Origin: Octopus sinensis
Taxonomy: Eukaryota
Direction: 5' to 3'
Length of the DNA: 64,000 nucleotides
Assembly: GCF_006345805.1 (NCBI RefSeq)
Contig: NC_043012.1
Coordinates: 4,774,001-4,838,000, forward strand
In this document: positions 36,511 through 51,242 of the stretch, in pieces
Numbering within the stretch: position 1 is the stretch's first letter
Layout of the letters: the number at the start of each line of letters is the position of its first letter
Program-made: the position numbers and the translations under genes
Notes under the pieces: generated by a model
The model's input: the letters and a program-made list of their open reading frames with translations, nothing else
What the model was told of the DNA's origin: nothing
Database searches by the model: none

Positions 36511-39309
36511 GTTCCCCAGATTTGACTATCCCGGATTTTTTCTTTTGTGTGTGTGTCTGTAGTTGTCCTCCCACCATCGCTTGACAACGATCTTCAGGTG
36601 TTTATGTTCCGTAACTTAGGGTTTTGGCAAAAGAAAACGATAGAATAAGTACTAGGTTTACAAAGACTAAGTCCTTGGGGTCGATTTGTTCGACTAAAGG
36701 CGGTGCTCCAGCATGACCGCAGTCAAATGAATTAAACAAGTAAAAGGGGAAAAAAAAGAAAAAATATGATAAAGATATGATGTGACTAAAGCTTAATCAA
36801 GTTTGAATTAGCTGACTAGATTCGCACGAAATAATGAAGGAGGGATTCAGTATTCGTCGCTGACGACGTGCAACAACGCTGAAATATATGCGTCCTATAA
36901 TCCAATGACGCAGCGAAAGGTTTTTTCACGTCCAAATGTGCACGAAAGTATTGAACGTATTGAATAGGATTTTACGCGTACATATTTTATTCAACGATGC
37001 TTCGTGCGTCTCTAGTTATTTAAAATGGAACCAGTTTGGGTGAGTGAGTGCGCGTCTACAATATATTTTGGGATCGAACAAAATAAATGTGTAAAACCAA
37101 ATGAAACTATAAATTTAGATGATTTGTTGAGAAACCAACTTTGTTCGTGCCTAATTCATTTCTCTTTCATGTTTATTTAGTTAGCCAGTCAAGCTTGCCA
37201 CCCATTGATGTGTTTCTCATTGATGTCATAATAAATATAGGGAATATAGTTAACTGAAAGAAAAAAGAAGGAATCGATTGTAAAGCTTTGTGTTCCACAG
37301 CGGATGATATTATGAGCTCAGAACATAAAACCACATCCAAATCGGTCAACAGGAATCCACCAGTTACAAATGGATGCCATAAAATTCGACTTTGGCACGT
37401 TTTCATGCCAGGGAAAGGAGGCTGACCACCATTAAAACGATATATTCAGTGGACTCTGATTGCGTTACATGGACGATACCTGACCCAAACATATTTCGAC
37501 TTTTTGGGTGGATTATCACAAAGCTACATATTTCGATGGAGGGACTGGTAGATTATTTTGAAATGATTAAGCAAAAATTCAATTTCGGATGAATTAGAAG
37601 TTAGAAGGTCGCTCAGAGGACGGAATTAAATACCGCAAGACATTTTGTCTCCTTGCTGGGTCGATTCTCTCCTCCATCGCCTTAACAATGATAATAATAA
37701 TCCTTTCTACTCTAGGCACAAGACCTGAAATTTGGGGGAGGAGGATAGTCAATTACAGCAACCCCAGTACTTGACTGTTATTTATTTCATCGACCCCAAA
37801 AGGATGAAAGGCAGAATTTGAACTCAGAACGTAAGGACGGACGAAATGCCATTTAGCATTTTGCCCGGAGTGCTAACGATTCTGCCAGCTCGCCGCCTAA
37901 ACAATAATAATAATCATATTATTAGAGGAAGGAGCCTGTTAATTAGCGTTACGATGATAATAATCCTTTTTACTAAATTCACACAGCACGAACTTTTTGG
38001 GGAGGGACTAGTCGATAACATCGACACCAGTACGCAACTGGTACTTAATTTATCGACCCCGAAAGGATGAAAGGCAAAGTCGACCTCAGAACGTAGCGAC
38101 AGGCGAAAATGATAATAATAACAATGGAGGTTCTAGTGAGTTACTGATTGTTATTATTTATCCAACAGGAAGGTCTCTGATGTATGAATACACGACAGGG
38201 TGACGTAGCAGATGATATGCTGGTTGGTCTGGCAGAGATATTACATACTGAAAATTTGATATGTAAATATCATTTACGATTTTTCAGTATAAATTACAAA
38301 ATTTACAGGGGAAAGTTTATCCTTTGTTCCTACAAGTCCTTAACTGGAGTGAGAAATGGAGACATCTACTGGAGTTACTTTCCATTGTTAATCAGTATTG
38401 TACTACCACTTTTTTAAAACTCCTTAGTCAAGGGATATGTGAAGGCGCATGGCTCAGTGGTCAGAGCAACGAGCTCACAATCATGAGATATTGTGCTCGA
38501 TTCCTGGACTGGGCCGTGTATTGTGTTTTTGGACAAGGCACAAGTTCACTCAGTTGTAAAAATGAGTTGCGATGTCAATGGTGCTAAGTTGTATTGGTCT
38601 TTGCCTTTTCTCTTGGATAACATCGGTGGCGCGGAGCGGAGAGGCTGGGTTGCCTGGGCGACTGCTGGTCTTCCATAAACAACCTTGCTCGGACTTGTGC
38701 CTCGGAGGGTACCTTTCTAGGTGCAATTCCATGGTCATTCATGACCGAAGGGGTTCTTTACCCTATGTACATATAATGGCGTAGAGAGGGACGGGTGGCA
38801 TGCATGGGTGACTACTGGTCTTGCCCGGATTTGTGCTTTTGCGGTATAACTTTCTAGGGGCAATCTTATGGTCATTTACGACCGAAGTGGGTCTTTTACC
38901 TTTTTGGTCAAGAGATAAAATTAACTTGATGAAGTTAGTGCATTCAAATTTTAATTTGAATTTTAATTATTGAAAAAATTGACGCAGACAGTATAAACCA
39001 GGTACATTAAAATTGGGCTCAGAGATTTCTGGATAGAAGTATGCAGTGTAGAAGAGAAGAATCCGTTCTGTCAGGAATAACTATTTCAACCATTTAACAC
39101 AGAGATTACTGTCAAGTGCAATGCTTATATATTCAAATTGGTTGGAGTTAATCCTGCATTAACATGCAGCATCGAGGTTTCGAGGATATAATTATTCTTT
39201 TCAGAATGACTTTATACTTAGATTGGGAAAACCAGAACTGGCCGGCTTGCACATAAAACAGGTAGGATGTTTGGGCCTGATATGACCAGTTTAAATACTA
39301 AGGTATAAA

Positions 39310-39622
39310 GTCACGTGGCTTAATGGTTAAGGTATTCGCCTCACGATCGTAAGGTCGTGGGTTCAGTTACCAGCGGCTCGTTGTGTTCTTGAGCAAGAGC
39401 AAGACTCTTTATTTCACGTTGCTCCAGTCCACTCAGCTGCCAAAAATGTGTTCAAATGGCCAGCCTTGTCACAGTCTGTGTCACACTCAATTTCTCTGAA
39501 AACTACACTAAGAGCACGCTTGTCTGTGGAGTACTCAGCCACGTGTTCGTTAATTTTAAGAGCAAGCTGTGCGGTTGATCGAATCAACTGGAGCACTTGT
39601 CGTCGTAACTGACGGAGAACCA
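39310..39622 (+). mobile_element. tRNA-derived SINE family D (head similar to C, different 3' body)
   Basis: GTGGCTTAATGGTTAAGG head; body CCAGCCTTGTCACA...CGTCGTAACTGACGGAG. Other copies at 32812-33140 (-), 41530-41775 (+) and 56205-56475 (-). Confidence 0.75.
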
Positions 39623-40787
39623 GATAGAGGAAGGTAAAGTGTTAACTTGACAATAAGCCAATGATTGTTGAATTTTTGCGAGTGATCCTTAGCCTATCAG
39701 TGTGACGTAGCGGATGATATGCTGGTCGGCAAAAGCAGAGATATTACATACTGAAAATTTGATTCATAAATATCTCATATGAAGATATTATAATATCTCA
39801 TATCAAGATATAATTCTCATATCGTTTATGATTTTTCAGTATTAATTACAAAATTTACAGGGGAACGTTTATCGTTTGTTCCTACAAGTCCTTAACTGGA
39901 GTGAGAATTGCCTATCTGTTGAGTTTTCTTTAAACATGGTCTATAATGTGTGTGGTAGAGGCGGAACCCCCGCCTCTTGCATGCAGGCAAGGCTACAATA
40001 GAAATTACGTATGAGTATTGTTAACGACTATTCACAACAGAAGACCTTATTGACCAAGAGGAAAAATATAACCTTAATGATAAAATATTGGATTTAGGTA
40101 CCCGGGTTAATAGAATTTATTATATCTAATATTCGTTTCAAATTTCGGCTCAAGGCCAGCAAACTAGGGGGAGAGGTAAGTCAATAACATTGACCCCAGT
40201 TCTCGACTGTTTCATATCGACCCTAAAGAATGGAAGGTAAAGTCTACCCTGGCGGAATTTTAACTCAGAACGTAAAGACGGACGTGTTAACGATTCTGCC
40301 GGCTCAGAAAATATTTCAGAAAAGCTTAATCTGACCATTCGTGTTAGAAGCGAAATGAGGTGAGAATTCACATTTTTATGTGTATATTTATATAGTTTTA
40401 AACGTATTATATCACTGGTACGGTGCTTTAGAATTAGACTGACTGGTAAATTAGTAAGGAAGTGAAGGCAGCGAGTTGGTAGAACCGTTAGTACGCAGGA
40501 CAAATTGCTTTACGTGCTAAGCTCAAACCTTGCCATTGTCGATTTTGCCTTTCATCCTTTGGGAGATAAAAAAAGTAAAATGTCAACGAAATAGTAGGGT
40601 CGATGTAATCGACTAACTACTTTCACCCGAATTTCAGGCATTGTTCCTATGTGTAAAACAATATTGATAAGATGTTCGTCTATGAAATCTTCTATGAGAA
40701 TGCTAATTGGGTTTTAAAGAATATTCATAATTCAAAGAGATATTTACTCGAGACTTTTAAATGTCTTAGTTAATGTCAGCGTGGTGT

Positions 40788-41513
40788 AAGGCAGAGAGCT
40801 GGCAGAAACGTTAGCGCGCCGGGCGAAATACTTAGCGGTATTTCGTCTGTCGTTACGTACTGAGTTCAAATTCTGCCGAGGTCGACTTTGCCTTTCATAC
40901 TTTCGGGGTCGATAAATTAAGTACCAGTGACGCACTGGGGTAGATGTAATCGACGTAATCCGTTTGTCTGTTCTTGTTTGTCCCCTATGTGTTTAGCCCC
41001 TTGTGGATAGTAAAGAAATAGGTATTTCGCCTGCCGCTACGTTCTGAGTTCAAATTCCGCCGATGTCGACTTTGCCTTTCATCCTTTCGGGATCGATTAA
41101 ATAAGTACCAGTTACGCACTGGGGTCGATATAATCGACTTAATCCGTTTGTCTGTCCATGTTTGTTCTCTCTGTGTTTAGCCCCTTGTGGGTAGGAAAGA
41201 GATAGGTATTTCGTCTGCAGCTGCGTTCTGAGTTCAAATTCCGCCAAGGTCGACTTTGCTTTCATCCTTTCAGGGTCGATTAAATAAGTACCAGTTACGC
41301 ACTGGGGTCGGTTTGTCTGTCCTTGTTTGTCCCCTCTGTATTTAGCCCCTTGTGGGCAGTAAAGAAATAGGTATTTCGTCTGTCGCTACGTTGTGAGTTC
41401 ACATTCCGCCGAGGTCGACTTTGCCTTTCATCCTTTCGTGGTCGATAAATTAAATACCATTTGCGTATTTGGTCGAGCTAATCGACTGCCCCATTGCCTC
41501 TAGAGTAGAATAG
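40788..41513 (+). mobile_element. SINE family A tetramer with TSD
   Basis: Units start at 40838, 41022, 41206 and 41371 (spacing 184, 184, 165 bp). TSD AATGTCAGCGTGGTGT (40772-40787) / AATATCAGTATGGTGT (41514-41529). Confidence 0.88.
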
Positions 41514-42399
41514 AATATCAGTATGGTGTGAAGGCGCGTAGCTTAGTGGTAAACTGCTCACGATTGAAAGGTCGTGAGTTCATTTCCCGGAGATGAGTTG
41601 TATCTTTGAGCCAGACACTTTCACGTTGTCCCAGTCCACTCAGCTGACAAAAATAATACCAGTAATTCAGAGGAACTTGTGTAGTCTTCACCCACTTGCA
41701 CATTAATTTCACGTTAATTTAACGAGCAGGCTGTTCCGTTGATCGAACCTCGTCGTTGTAACTACCGAAGTGACACTTATGAGTGTGGTAGAGGTAGTTT
41801 TGTTTCTTTTTACTTTGCACTTTCAATACCAGCAAATAAATATATAACTCAATTGAGTTCTCGAAAGACAAAACTGCTTATTGTGATTAAATAAGTAGGA
41901 GGTTAATTAGTAGATTAACTTGTGAATACCGAATCATGCTGCCGAATGAAAAGCGGTAGAGAGTAAAGTCTAAAAAAAGCGTTCATTTTTTTTCTTTTTT
42001 GTAGCTCAAGAGCTGCTCGTTCTTCATTTTTCGTTCTTTTGTTTCTTAGCTGCTGCGATCAAGCGAACGTATATTTAAACTTGTCGTTCCAGCCGTGATC
42101 ATTCGCAGATTTGTTGTACCTCTAATTAATGTCTTTTTATTTGGAAGGATATGCTATAACAATCGGTTACTATTTCTAGTAGAAAATGCGACTTAATATA
42201 AATTCTCTTCTCGGTTCATCGTTTTCTTATTATTTAATCTGTTGCAAGATAAATGGATTAGAAGACGTATACGTAATACTTGCTAACACACTCATTAATC
42301 TTCTTCAGAATTTACTCGGTAATACTATTGCCAACTAAGTGGATAAGCAATAGGCCAACAATTCTTGAAGGTTTCCAAGTGAACCGTTGTATGTTAGCT

Positions 42400-42725
42400 G
42401 GAGAGATTTCTCGTAAACATGGTCTATAATATGTGGTGGATGCATAGCCCACGCCTCTTGCAGTATTCAGTAGTGAACCCGTTCAGTCCATGCAGGAAAT
42501 AACTTTCTGGTGAGCCAAGTAGTGTCATCTACAAACATCACCCACTGATTGTGATACTAATTGCGTAACGGTTACGCATGTCAATCTAAGTTCGTAAAGA
42601 TTATGAAAAGGAGAGGTGACTATTTACAACCCTGACGAAGTCCAACACCCACATTGAAAGGTTTCGACATTGCACCATTTGCTGAACACAGACATCGAAG
42701 TATTCGTAAATGGGTCTCACGGAAG
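42400..42725 (-). mobile_element. Non-LTR retrotransposon (RTE-like) reverse transcriptase fragment
   Basis: Minus-strand NGAMSKPFNVGVGLRQGC (RT GLRQG motif) followed downstream by a degenerate LFVDD (~42524-42540). Stops and frameshifts present. Confidence 0.7.
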
Positions 42726-43295
42726 CCACATGTATGTATGTATGTATGTATGTATGTATGTATGTATGTATGTATGTATGTATGTATGGATGGATGTTTG
42801 CTTGTAAGATTGTAGGTAGGTATACGAAGGTACCTGCACATTTTCCTTCTACGAACTTCCACTCTGAATGTATCGATCACTCGAGGCTTGAAATTGGTTT
42901 CAAATATAAATACTAGGCCAGCAGTCTCGAAAGGGTGGGGTAAGTCGATTACATCGAACCCCAGTGCTCAACTGGTCCTTATTTTATCGACCCCGAAAGG
43001 ATGAAAGGCGAAATCGACCACAGCGGAATTTAAGCATAGCTCCCAAAGCATTCTCCCAGGTGTGCTAACGATTCTGTCGGATCAGCGCCTTCTCGGGGCC
43101 TAAGAGATGACATTTGCCCATGGCGTAACGTAGAGGAACCGTAATTGGAACCAATGTCGTTGCGAAGCCAACATTTCAACTCGCAAAACCTAGCCTAAAT
43201 CTTGCCCTCATTCACATGAGTTTCGTTTACTGGATATGAACCTAGTTCGAAGAGATGATCGAACTAGACGGACGATAATAACCTAAAACAGACTG

Positions 43296-43362
<67 letters not shown>

Positions 43363-43389
43363 CAACAACAACAGCAACAACAACAACAA

Positions 43390-43428
<39 letters not shown>

Positions 43429-44438
43429 TAATAGTAGTATGGTACATTCTCTTTCAACGTAGTTGATTTGATTAAAATATTACACTGTTCTTAAACCAAT
43501 AGAAAAAAAATCGATAATGATCTCTTCTATCCATCCACCTTGGCGTAATTCATCTGACGAAAGCAGAGCTGTTAAGTTCCGATGATCCCACGTCAAGATA
43601 CAGAAAAATGTAACAACCAGATAAACGCCTTCGTAACGGTTGTGGATATTAAGCCGAGGTAATTAAATAATAACAAAAAACGCAAGAAAAACATAATAAA
43701 ATTTAAAAGAAAAATATTAATAATGGCTTTTATGTGACTAATTAACAATATTCTGTGTTAATGTCCGCACAAACTGTAATTACATTTTCAATGCATTATC
43801 AGAGTGTTATTGGTTTTTCGAATAACAATAGCAATAACAATACTAATACCACTACTACAAATAATAACAGTATTTTCTTTATTGGTCTCAAGGGCGCTTA
43901 TATGCAATGCACAACATGTCATACAAAAGAGATTTCAAAAATTCAGGTTGCGCAATAATAGTAGTTAAAATTTCTGATTAAGGTAACGGGGCCAGCAGAT
44001 CTGGGGAGCGGTGGTGTCTGGGATTAAGTCGATACCATACTTGAAGGGGTATTTTGTCTTATCAAACAATGGGAAAAATGAAAGGCGAAGTTGAACCTGG
44101 CAGGATTTGAAAACACAACGTAAAGAGCGGGAAGAAATCCGGCGAGGCACTCTAACGATTCGGCCATTAACAACAACGATAGCAACGAGAACAAGAGCTT
44201 GAAAAACAATAACAACAACAACAGTGCTTTCTACTAGAGGCACAGGGCCTGAAATGTTGGGGGAGAGGATTAGTCGATGACATCGAGCCTAGTGCTCGAC
44301 TAGTGCTTATTTCATCCACCAGCGAAAGGATGAAAGACGGAATCGACCTCGGCTGGGTTTGAACATAGAACGTGCAACCAGAAGAAATGCCGCTAAGTAT
44401 TTTGTCCGGTGTGCTAAGGATTCTGCCAGCTCACCGCT

Positions 44439-44485
<47 letters not shown>

Positions 44486-44489
<4 letters not shown>

Positions 44490-45042
44490 GCCCTGATGCA
44501 GTACCAGGCAGTAGCTCTCATGGCTTCTGATCTTAACTGATTGGAAGTGTTATCATGTACATTGTTTTGTCTTGGTATAAAAGATGGGCTACAGCAAATA
44601 TTCTGCTCAATACCACAGATTTGCTTGTCAGTTGTTCGACCTTAAGCAGTTGAGCATGTCCTTTAGTGACTGACGATGTGTGCATCTCTAATCAAGAGCA
44701 GAAGTGGTGGGGGAGAATCATAAACATGTGTTGAGAGGGATTCTTTGGGGTTTGAATAATTCACCTCTGGAAACATGGGTGTTTCGTTCAACATCCTTAA
44801 CTACTCTTATTCAGGGACCTTTTGAGCCAGACGGGTTACTCGACCAGAAGAAAATTCTACCTGGGCCCCACTTGCAAGGTCATGTGCTGTTTATTTTGAT
44901 ATGAGATCACCATGTCGCGCACATATGGTTTTGACGCATGTGTCTAGTGTACCCTTATCAGATGAGTAGTCATGATGGGTATACTGGGCTTCGTATATTT
45001 TACCCCAGTGTCACTTTGATGGCATGCACTGCTCTCTCACTC

Positions 45043-45045
<3 letters not shown>
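44486..45045 (+). mobile_element. Non-coding retroelement-like repeat inserted in (AAT)n
   Basis: ~560-bp unique-sequence block with (AAT)n on both sides. Its 3' end (TACTGGGCTTCGTATATTTTAC...GATGGCATGC...CTCTCAC + AAT tail) recurs 5'-truncated at 17767-17830. Confidence 0.6.
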
Positions 45046-45095
<50 letters not shown>

Positions 45096-45211
45096 TAGTA
45101 GTAATAATAATAATATTGATGATGATGATGATGGAGGTGGTGGTGGTGATGATGATGATAATAATAATAATAATAAAAATTATTATTATTATTATTATTA
45201 TATTATTATTA

Positions 45212-45267
<56 letters not shown>

Positions 45268-45771
45268 TTTTTTAATAATGATGATGATGTTGTTGATGAT
45301 GATGATGATGATGATGACGATGATGCTTCTTGCTACATATTTGGAAATGGTCGATGATTTGCAGCATTGCTCCTAGGAGCTTCCAGTTCCAGGCCTGCCG
45401 TAGAGTATGCGTTACTATCTCCGGAACAACATGCTATTTTGTCAGTCACCAGCGCTGATTCACAATAAATATAAAACATCACACGATGTATTGATTTCTC
45501 TTGTCTTTCGTTTACAGACCTACACATATATGCACGTTCTCATGTATGAGAACAGATTAATGCGTGTGCTAGTGTGTGCGTGTGTGTATGGGGGTGAGCG
45601 CTTGTGTATGTGTGCGTGCGTGTGCTTGTGTGTACGTGTGTGTGCTTGTGTGTGCGATTGTGTATGTGTATGTGCTTGTGTGTGTGTATGCTTGTGTGTG
45701 AGTGTGCTTGTGTATGTGTATGTGTGCGTGTGTGTGTGTATCTGCTTGTGTATATGTGTGTGTCTGCTTGT

Positions 45772-45818
<47 letters not shown>

Positions 45819-46774
45819 TTTAATTCATTTTAGTTGGTTTAACTTAATTATTCATTTTGTCCACCATATTTATTACGTTAGTCTGCATTTAACTATATGT
45901 TTTTCCCCCAGAAAGCAATCCTGAGAAATTTATCCATGTCATTACACTAAATGTCCTAATGAGCAAATATTTGTATCCTCCAAAACCTCCATATTTATAT
46001 TCCTTCGGTTATTCTCAACTTTGTTGTGTACAAGGAAAACTATGTTGAACTGAAGAGGTCTAATAATACAGAAACCTGTTCGTAGTTGTCCCCTCTAACT
46101 AGAGATTAAACTATTCTCCTCTAAATGACTGCATTAAATATTTTTTACCATTGCCGGAGTTGTCTTTCTTGCCATTTACAAGAATTGTCATTAACACTGA
46201 TAGCTTTTCTTTTCGTCACATATGCAAGTGTAAAAGGTTAACAATATCTTCGGCTCACTGCATTACGTATATTACCTTCAATTTAATATATATGTGTATA
46301 CATGCGGGTATTTGTAAGGGTCTGTATGTGTCTGTGTGTAAGGGACTTTATGTAAGGGTCTGTACGTGTCTGTGTATGTCTGTGTTTTTGCTCCTGTGTA
46401 TGTATGTATGTGTGTGTGTACGTATGTATGTGCTGTTCTCTGTTCATGTGTGTTTCTGTATATATGTGTTTGTCAATGCGTGTGCGTGTGCGTGTTTGGC
46501 TAGTAGGTTTCGCCCGTCTTTACGTTCCGAGTTCAAATTCCGTCGAGGTTGACTTTGCCTCTCAACCTTTCGGAGGTCGATAAAATAAGTACCAGCTGAA
46601 TACTGGAGTTGATATAATCGACTTACCCCCTCCCCCGAAATTTCTGGCCTTGTGCCAATATTTGAAATCATTATTTATAAAGTACTAAATTTTCTTTTTG
46701 CTGTGGGAACAGCAGTAGCAGTAGTAGTAGTCGAAGTAGTAGTTGAAGAAGTATAACCATCAAACCAGTCGACC

Positions 46775-47390
46775 GACCAATCAACCAACCAACCAACCAT
46801 CCAACAAACCAACAAACCAACCAGCCAACCAACAAACCAACCAGCCAACCAACCAACCAACCAACCAACCAACCAACCAACCAACCAACCAACTATCCAA
46901 CAGACCAACAACCAACCAACAGACCAACAAACCAACCAACCATCCAACCAACCAGCCAACAAACCAACCGACGAACTAACCAACCAACCAACCAACCAAC
47001 CAACCAACCACCAACCAACCAACCAACCAACTAACCAACCAACCAACCAACCAACCAACCAACCAACCAACCAACCACCAACCACCAACCAACCAACCAA
47101 CCAACCAACCAACCAACCAACCAACCAACCAACAGACCAACAAACCAACCAACAACCAACCAACCAACCAACCAACCAACCAACCAACCAACCAACCAAC
47201 CAACCAACCAACCAACCAACCAACCAACCAACCAGCCAGCCAGCCAACCAGCCAGCAAGCCAAACAACAAACCATCCATCCAGCCAACCAACCAACTAGC
47301 CAGTCAGTCAGCCACCCAGCCAACCAACCAACCAACCATCCAACCAGCCAACCAGCCAACGAAATAAACAAACAACAAACAACGCAACAA
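46775..47390. repeat. (CCAA)n microsatellite
   Basis: Direct reading. Confidence 0.95.
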
Positions 47391-47922
47391 ATAAAGGATT
47401 ATTGTGTGTAGAGTGAACCGTGAGATTTACGTAACCTCACGGAAACACCACGTGACCTGGATAAGTAGAAAGTTCATCTGGAGAAGCAGACGACACAGTT
47501 AGCATTGCATTTAATGTGTGTAGGATATCTTAGGCATAGCATCGACTTCAACATGAATTATTTCCACTGCGTACACAAACCTTTTTACTTCACTTTTACA
47601 GTTCCGTCTCATTTTGATAGATATGGTTTTGTCTGTCTTCTCCATGAAATCTAAACCTAAAAGCTCTTCAGAATTGCAGACAGAACCACACGCTCGCACG
47701 CGTACGTTGATGTGTAGAGGTTATGTGAGCATATGACGTGTGCAACACAGATACACGAACAAACCTCGCTCACGTTGGAGCACAGACAGGAACACAATTG
47801 CGTTCACGCACAGACACAACAGCACAAACACAAAATACACACGAGAGCATACATTTACACATGCACCACGCGCATGCCCAGTCACACACATATATATATA
47901 TATATGTTTGTATATAAGCATG

Positions 47923-47957
<35 letters not shown>

Positions 47958-50900
47958 GTATGTATATAAGCATGTATATATATATATATATATATACATA
48001 CATGTACATACACTTATATAAGCTTTATACTATATGTGTGTGTGCGTGTATGTGTTTAAATATATATATATATGTACAAATATGTGTGCAAGAGTGGGTC
48101 TGTGGATATAGTTTATACTTATTTGTGTTTGTTCGTGGGTTGTACGTATGAAAGGGCGAACGAAATACTCATACAGGAATTTGTACAGGCAAGTAAAAGA
48201 GTATGGGAGCAGAATATATAGATACATACACGAATAAACACACACACACACACACATACACATTTACATGCATGACAAATAAATGTCGGACAAGAAAAAA
48301 CGATCGACAGGAAGCAAAGACATAGATACATATAGGTAGACAAGCACACCCGCACACAGACAAACAGACACAACCATTCACGCTCACACAGGCGTACGAC
48401 CTACACATACATCTATACGTACACACATACATACCACACACATTTATGTATGCATTTTTCCATCTATATATATTATATATGTATGTATATGTATACATAT
48501 ATATGTATATATATATATATTATATATATATATATATAATATTATATTATTTACATGTATATATATATATATATATTATATAGATGTATGTTTGTATGTG
48601 TGTGTATTTAGAGCTGTATATATAAATACACATGTGTATGTGATGCGCTTACTCATATCCATATATAAGTGTATATGTGTGTTTCTGTGTGTCAGTGTAT
48701 GAGTGTGTATGTGCGTGTGTGTGTGTGTGTGTGTGCGTGTCCGTCCACGTGCGTATGTGCCTGTTCATACGCATACACAGGCATAACGGAACCGATAAAG
48801 CCAGATAAGTCAATAGACCTATTTATGTATTGATTAAGCGAAAACATTATTGGTGAATAGATAGGTTAACAGACATAAACAAACAAGTACACAGGAAGCT
48901 CACAGACAGAGAAATCGACCCAAATATTTCTATTCTATCTCATCCGTGATGTCAGCGGTTCACGGTCTGTTATAACACTGCAAACGAACATCAATCCTGA
49001 CCGTAGACACTCGCCATCTCATCACAGCAAAGCAGGAGTTATCCGAACTTTGTATCATCGCAGCTGTTTTCACTGATGGATTCTCTGTGCCAACGAGGGA
49101 AGCTTTGCAGGAGCATTTCTCAATGATTTTTTTTTTTTTTTACATATGGACCTCACTGATTATGTTTTATTCTAATGGATCACCATATTCCTGTCTTGGT
49201 TTTTCTCACATCTTCACTTGTGAACATCTGCAATGGCAACCACTCATTGCGCATGTTTCAGTGACCGGAATCGTTATTTAAACTATGTAAAATGGTATTC
49301 CTTTATTCCTTTATTCCTTTATTCTTTTATTCCTTTATTCTTTTATTCCTTTATTCTTTTATTCTTTTATTCTTTTATTCTTTTATTTGCTTCACTCATT
49401 TCACTGCGGCCATGCTGGTGCACCACCTTCAAGAGACTTATTCTATCGGTATCTTTTGCCGAACCGCTTAATCACCGGTTGTCAAGCGGTGGTGGGGGAT
49501 AGACACAGACACACACATAAATACACACACACACACGCACATATACGACGGGCTTCTTTCAGTTTCCTTCTACTAAATCCACTCGGAAGGCCCTTGTCGG
49601 CCTGAAGTTATAGTAGAAAACGCTTGTCTAAGGTGCCATGCAGTGAGACTGAACCCGGAACCATGTGGTTGGGAAGCAAACTTGTTACTACACAGCCACG
49701 CCTGTCTAAAGCAACATTTTTTCACGGACATGTTAAATAATTTTGTAGATCCTCAATTTATTATTTTGTATGAGTGGACCCACCAAAAACTTGTATGAAT
49801 CATCAGGGGTCAGCTGGACCCTGGTTGAGAACTACTGCTCTACATGGTCGCTGGAAATAGTGGTCAAAGTCTTCTAGAGATCTTACACTGTTGCTGTAGA
49901 AAAATAAAAATGGACACTTTGCGTTGTAGAGTCCCGAGTTGTTTGTGAGTAAGATAGTGTGAATATAAGTGAAACACATTCGAGTGTAGGTCTGAAATCG
50001 TTATGTGTCTTTGATCGTAGAGATGTTCGATTAATGCTGATTTCTTATAATCATCGGCAGAAGCAGCAGCAACAACAAGAACAAGAACAACAACAACAAC
50101 AACAACAACAGCTACAATAACAACAACAACAACAGCTACAACAGCAGCAGCAGCAACAACAAAAGTAAACTGCATCATCCTCAATTTCTATTTTCTGCTA
50201 TCTGAACTTTTTTGAAATGAGAAATGACTCACCCATTTTGTTTATAGGTCAGAGGTAAACACGTTTTATCTCTGGTGACAGCATCATGACGACCGCCACT
50301 TTAGCAAGTTGTCTGATACACAATCAACTGGTTCAAATTCAAAGTAAGGTATCTTATTTTGTTGGACCCCACAGAATGAAAAGGGCAAGGCTGATTCCGG
50401 CCTGGAGGAGTTCGGAATATTTTTGCCGCTCCACCATCAAAGACAAAATTAAATGAGAATACCCAGAACGATGACATTACATCATTCCAACAATGGGATC
50501 TCAGTCTGGTTGTTCGATTTGCTAGATATAACAGCTAAAATATTCCTTTAGCTTACGAGATTATCTTAGCAAAAGACACATGCGACTATATATACCTGTG
50601 TTTATGACATACAAGGGAAAGAAGGAGTTAATAGCTCGAATAATTTTGATCGTAGGCTGATCTGGAATTAAACTGTAACGACTCCATTACGTTAAGTTAA
50701 TGATGGAATATCTCAGTGCTTACACAAACTGCTAGCAATAGAAGCCAAAATTTTCCTCAAATTACTCTCTGGCGTCTTCAAAAAGTAATATTACAACATA
50801 CCTAGATACATTACTACACGATCCTCTTTGGACTGCTAGAAATAACAGGCAAATATCGTCAAATATAATTGATCACTTTATAAAAGAAGAGACATATTGG

Positions 50901-51242
50901 AGAATGTGGCTCCAAATATAAGAAAGGGCAACTAGATTACAGTCGGGACCCTTTCACCATAGGGTTTGCTCAATGAGGGCTGACATAAAACTAAGCTACA
51001 ACGATTATTTTAACTATAAATATTGAACATAACAACGTTACTTGCGGTGATGCGATCAACTTAAGACTCCATCACTGTTAACTGGTTTTGCTAATCGACT
51101 TCTGTATTGTTAACTAATGTTGCTTGCTATCGAATTAACGAAAGCTTTGCTTACGACTGCAGGTGTTCGAGTCATGGCTAACCCTTTCCGTTTTTCTGGA
51201 TATAATATTTCCAAGAGAACATTATTCGACGAATAATTCCTT

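Noticed and set aside
40788-41513. CRISPR-like array
   Set aside because: The units are ~184-bp near-identical SINE repeats without unique spacers, in a eukaryotic context.
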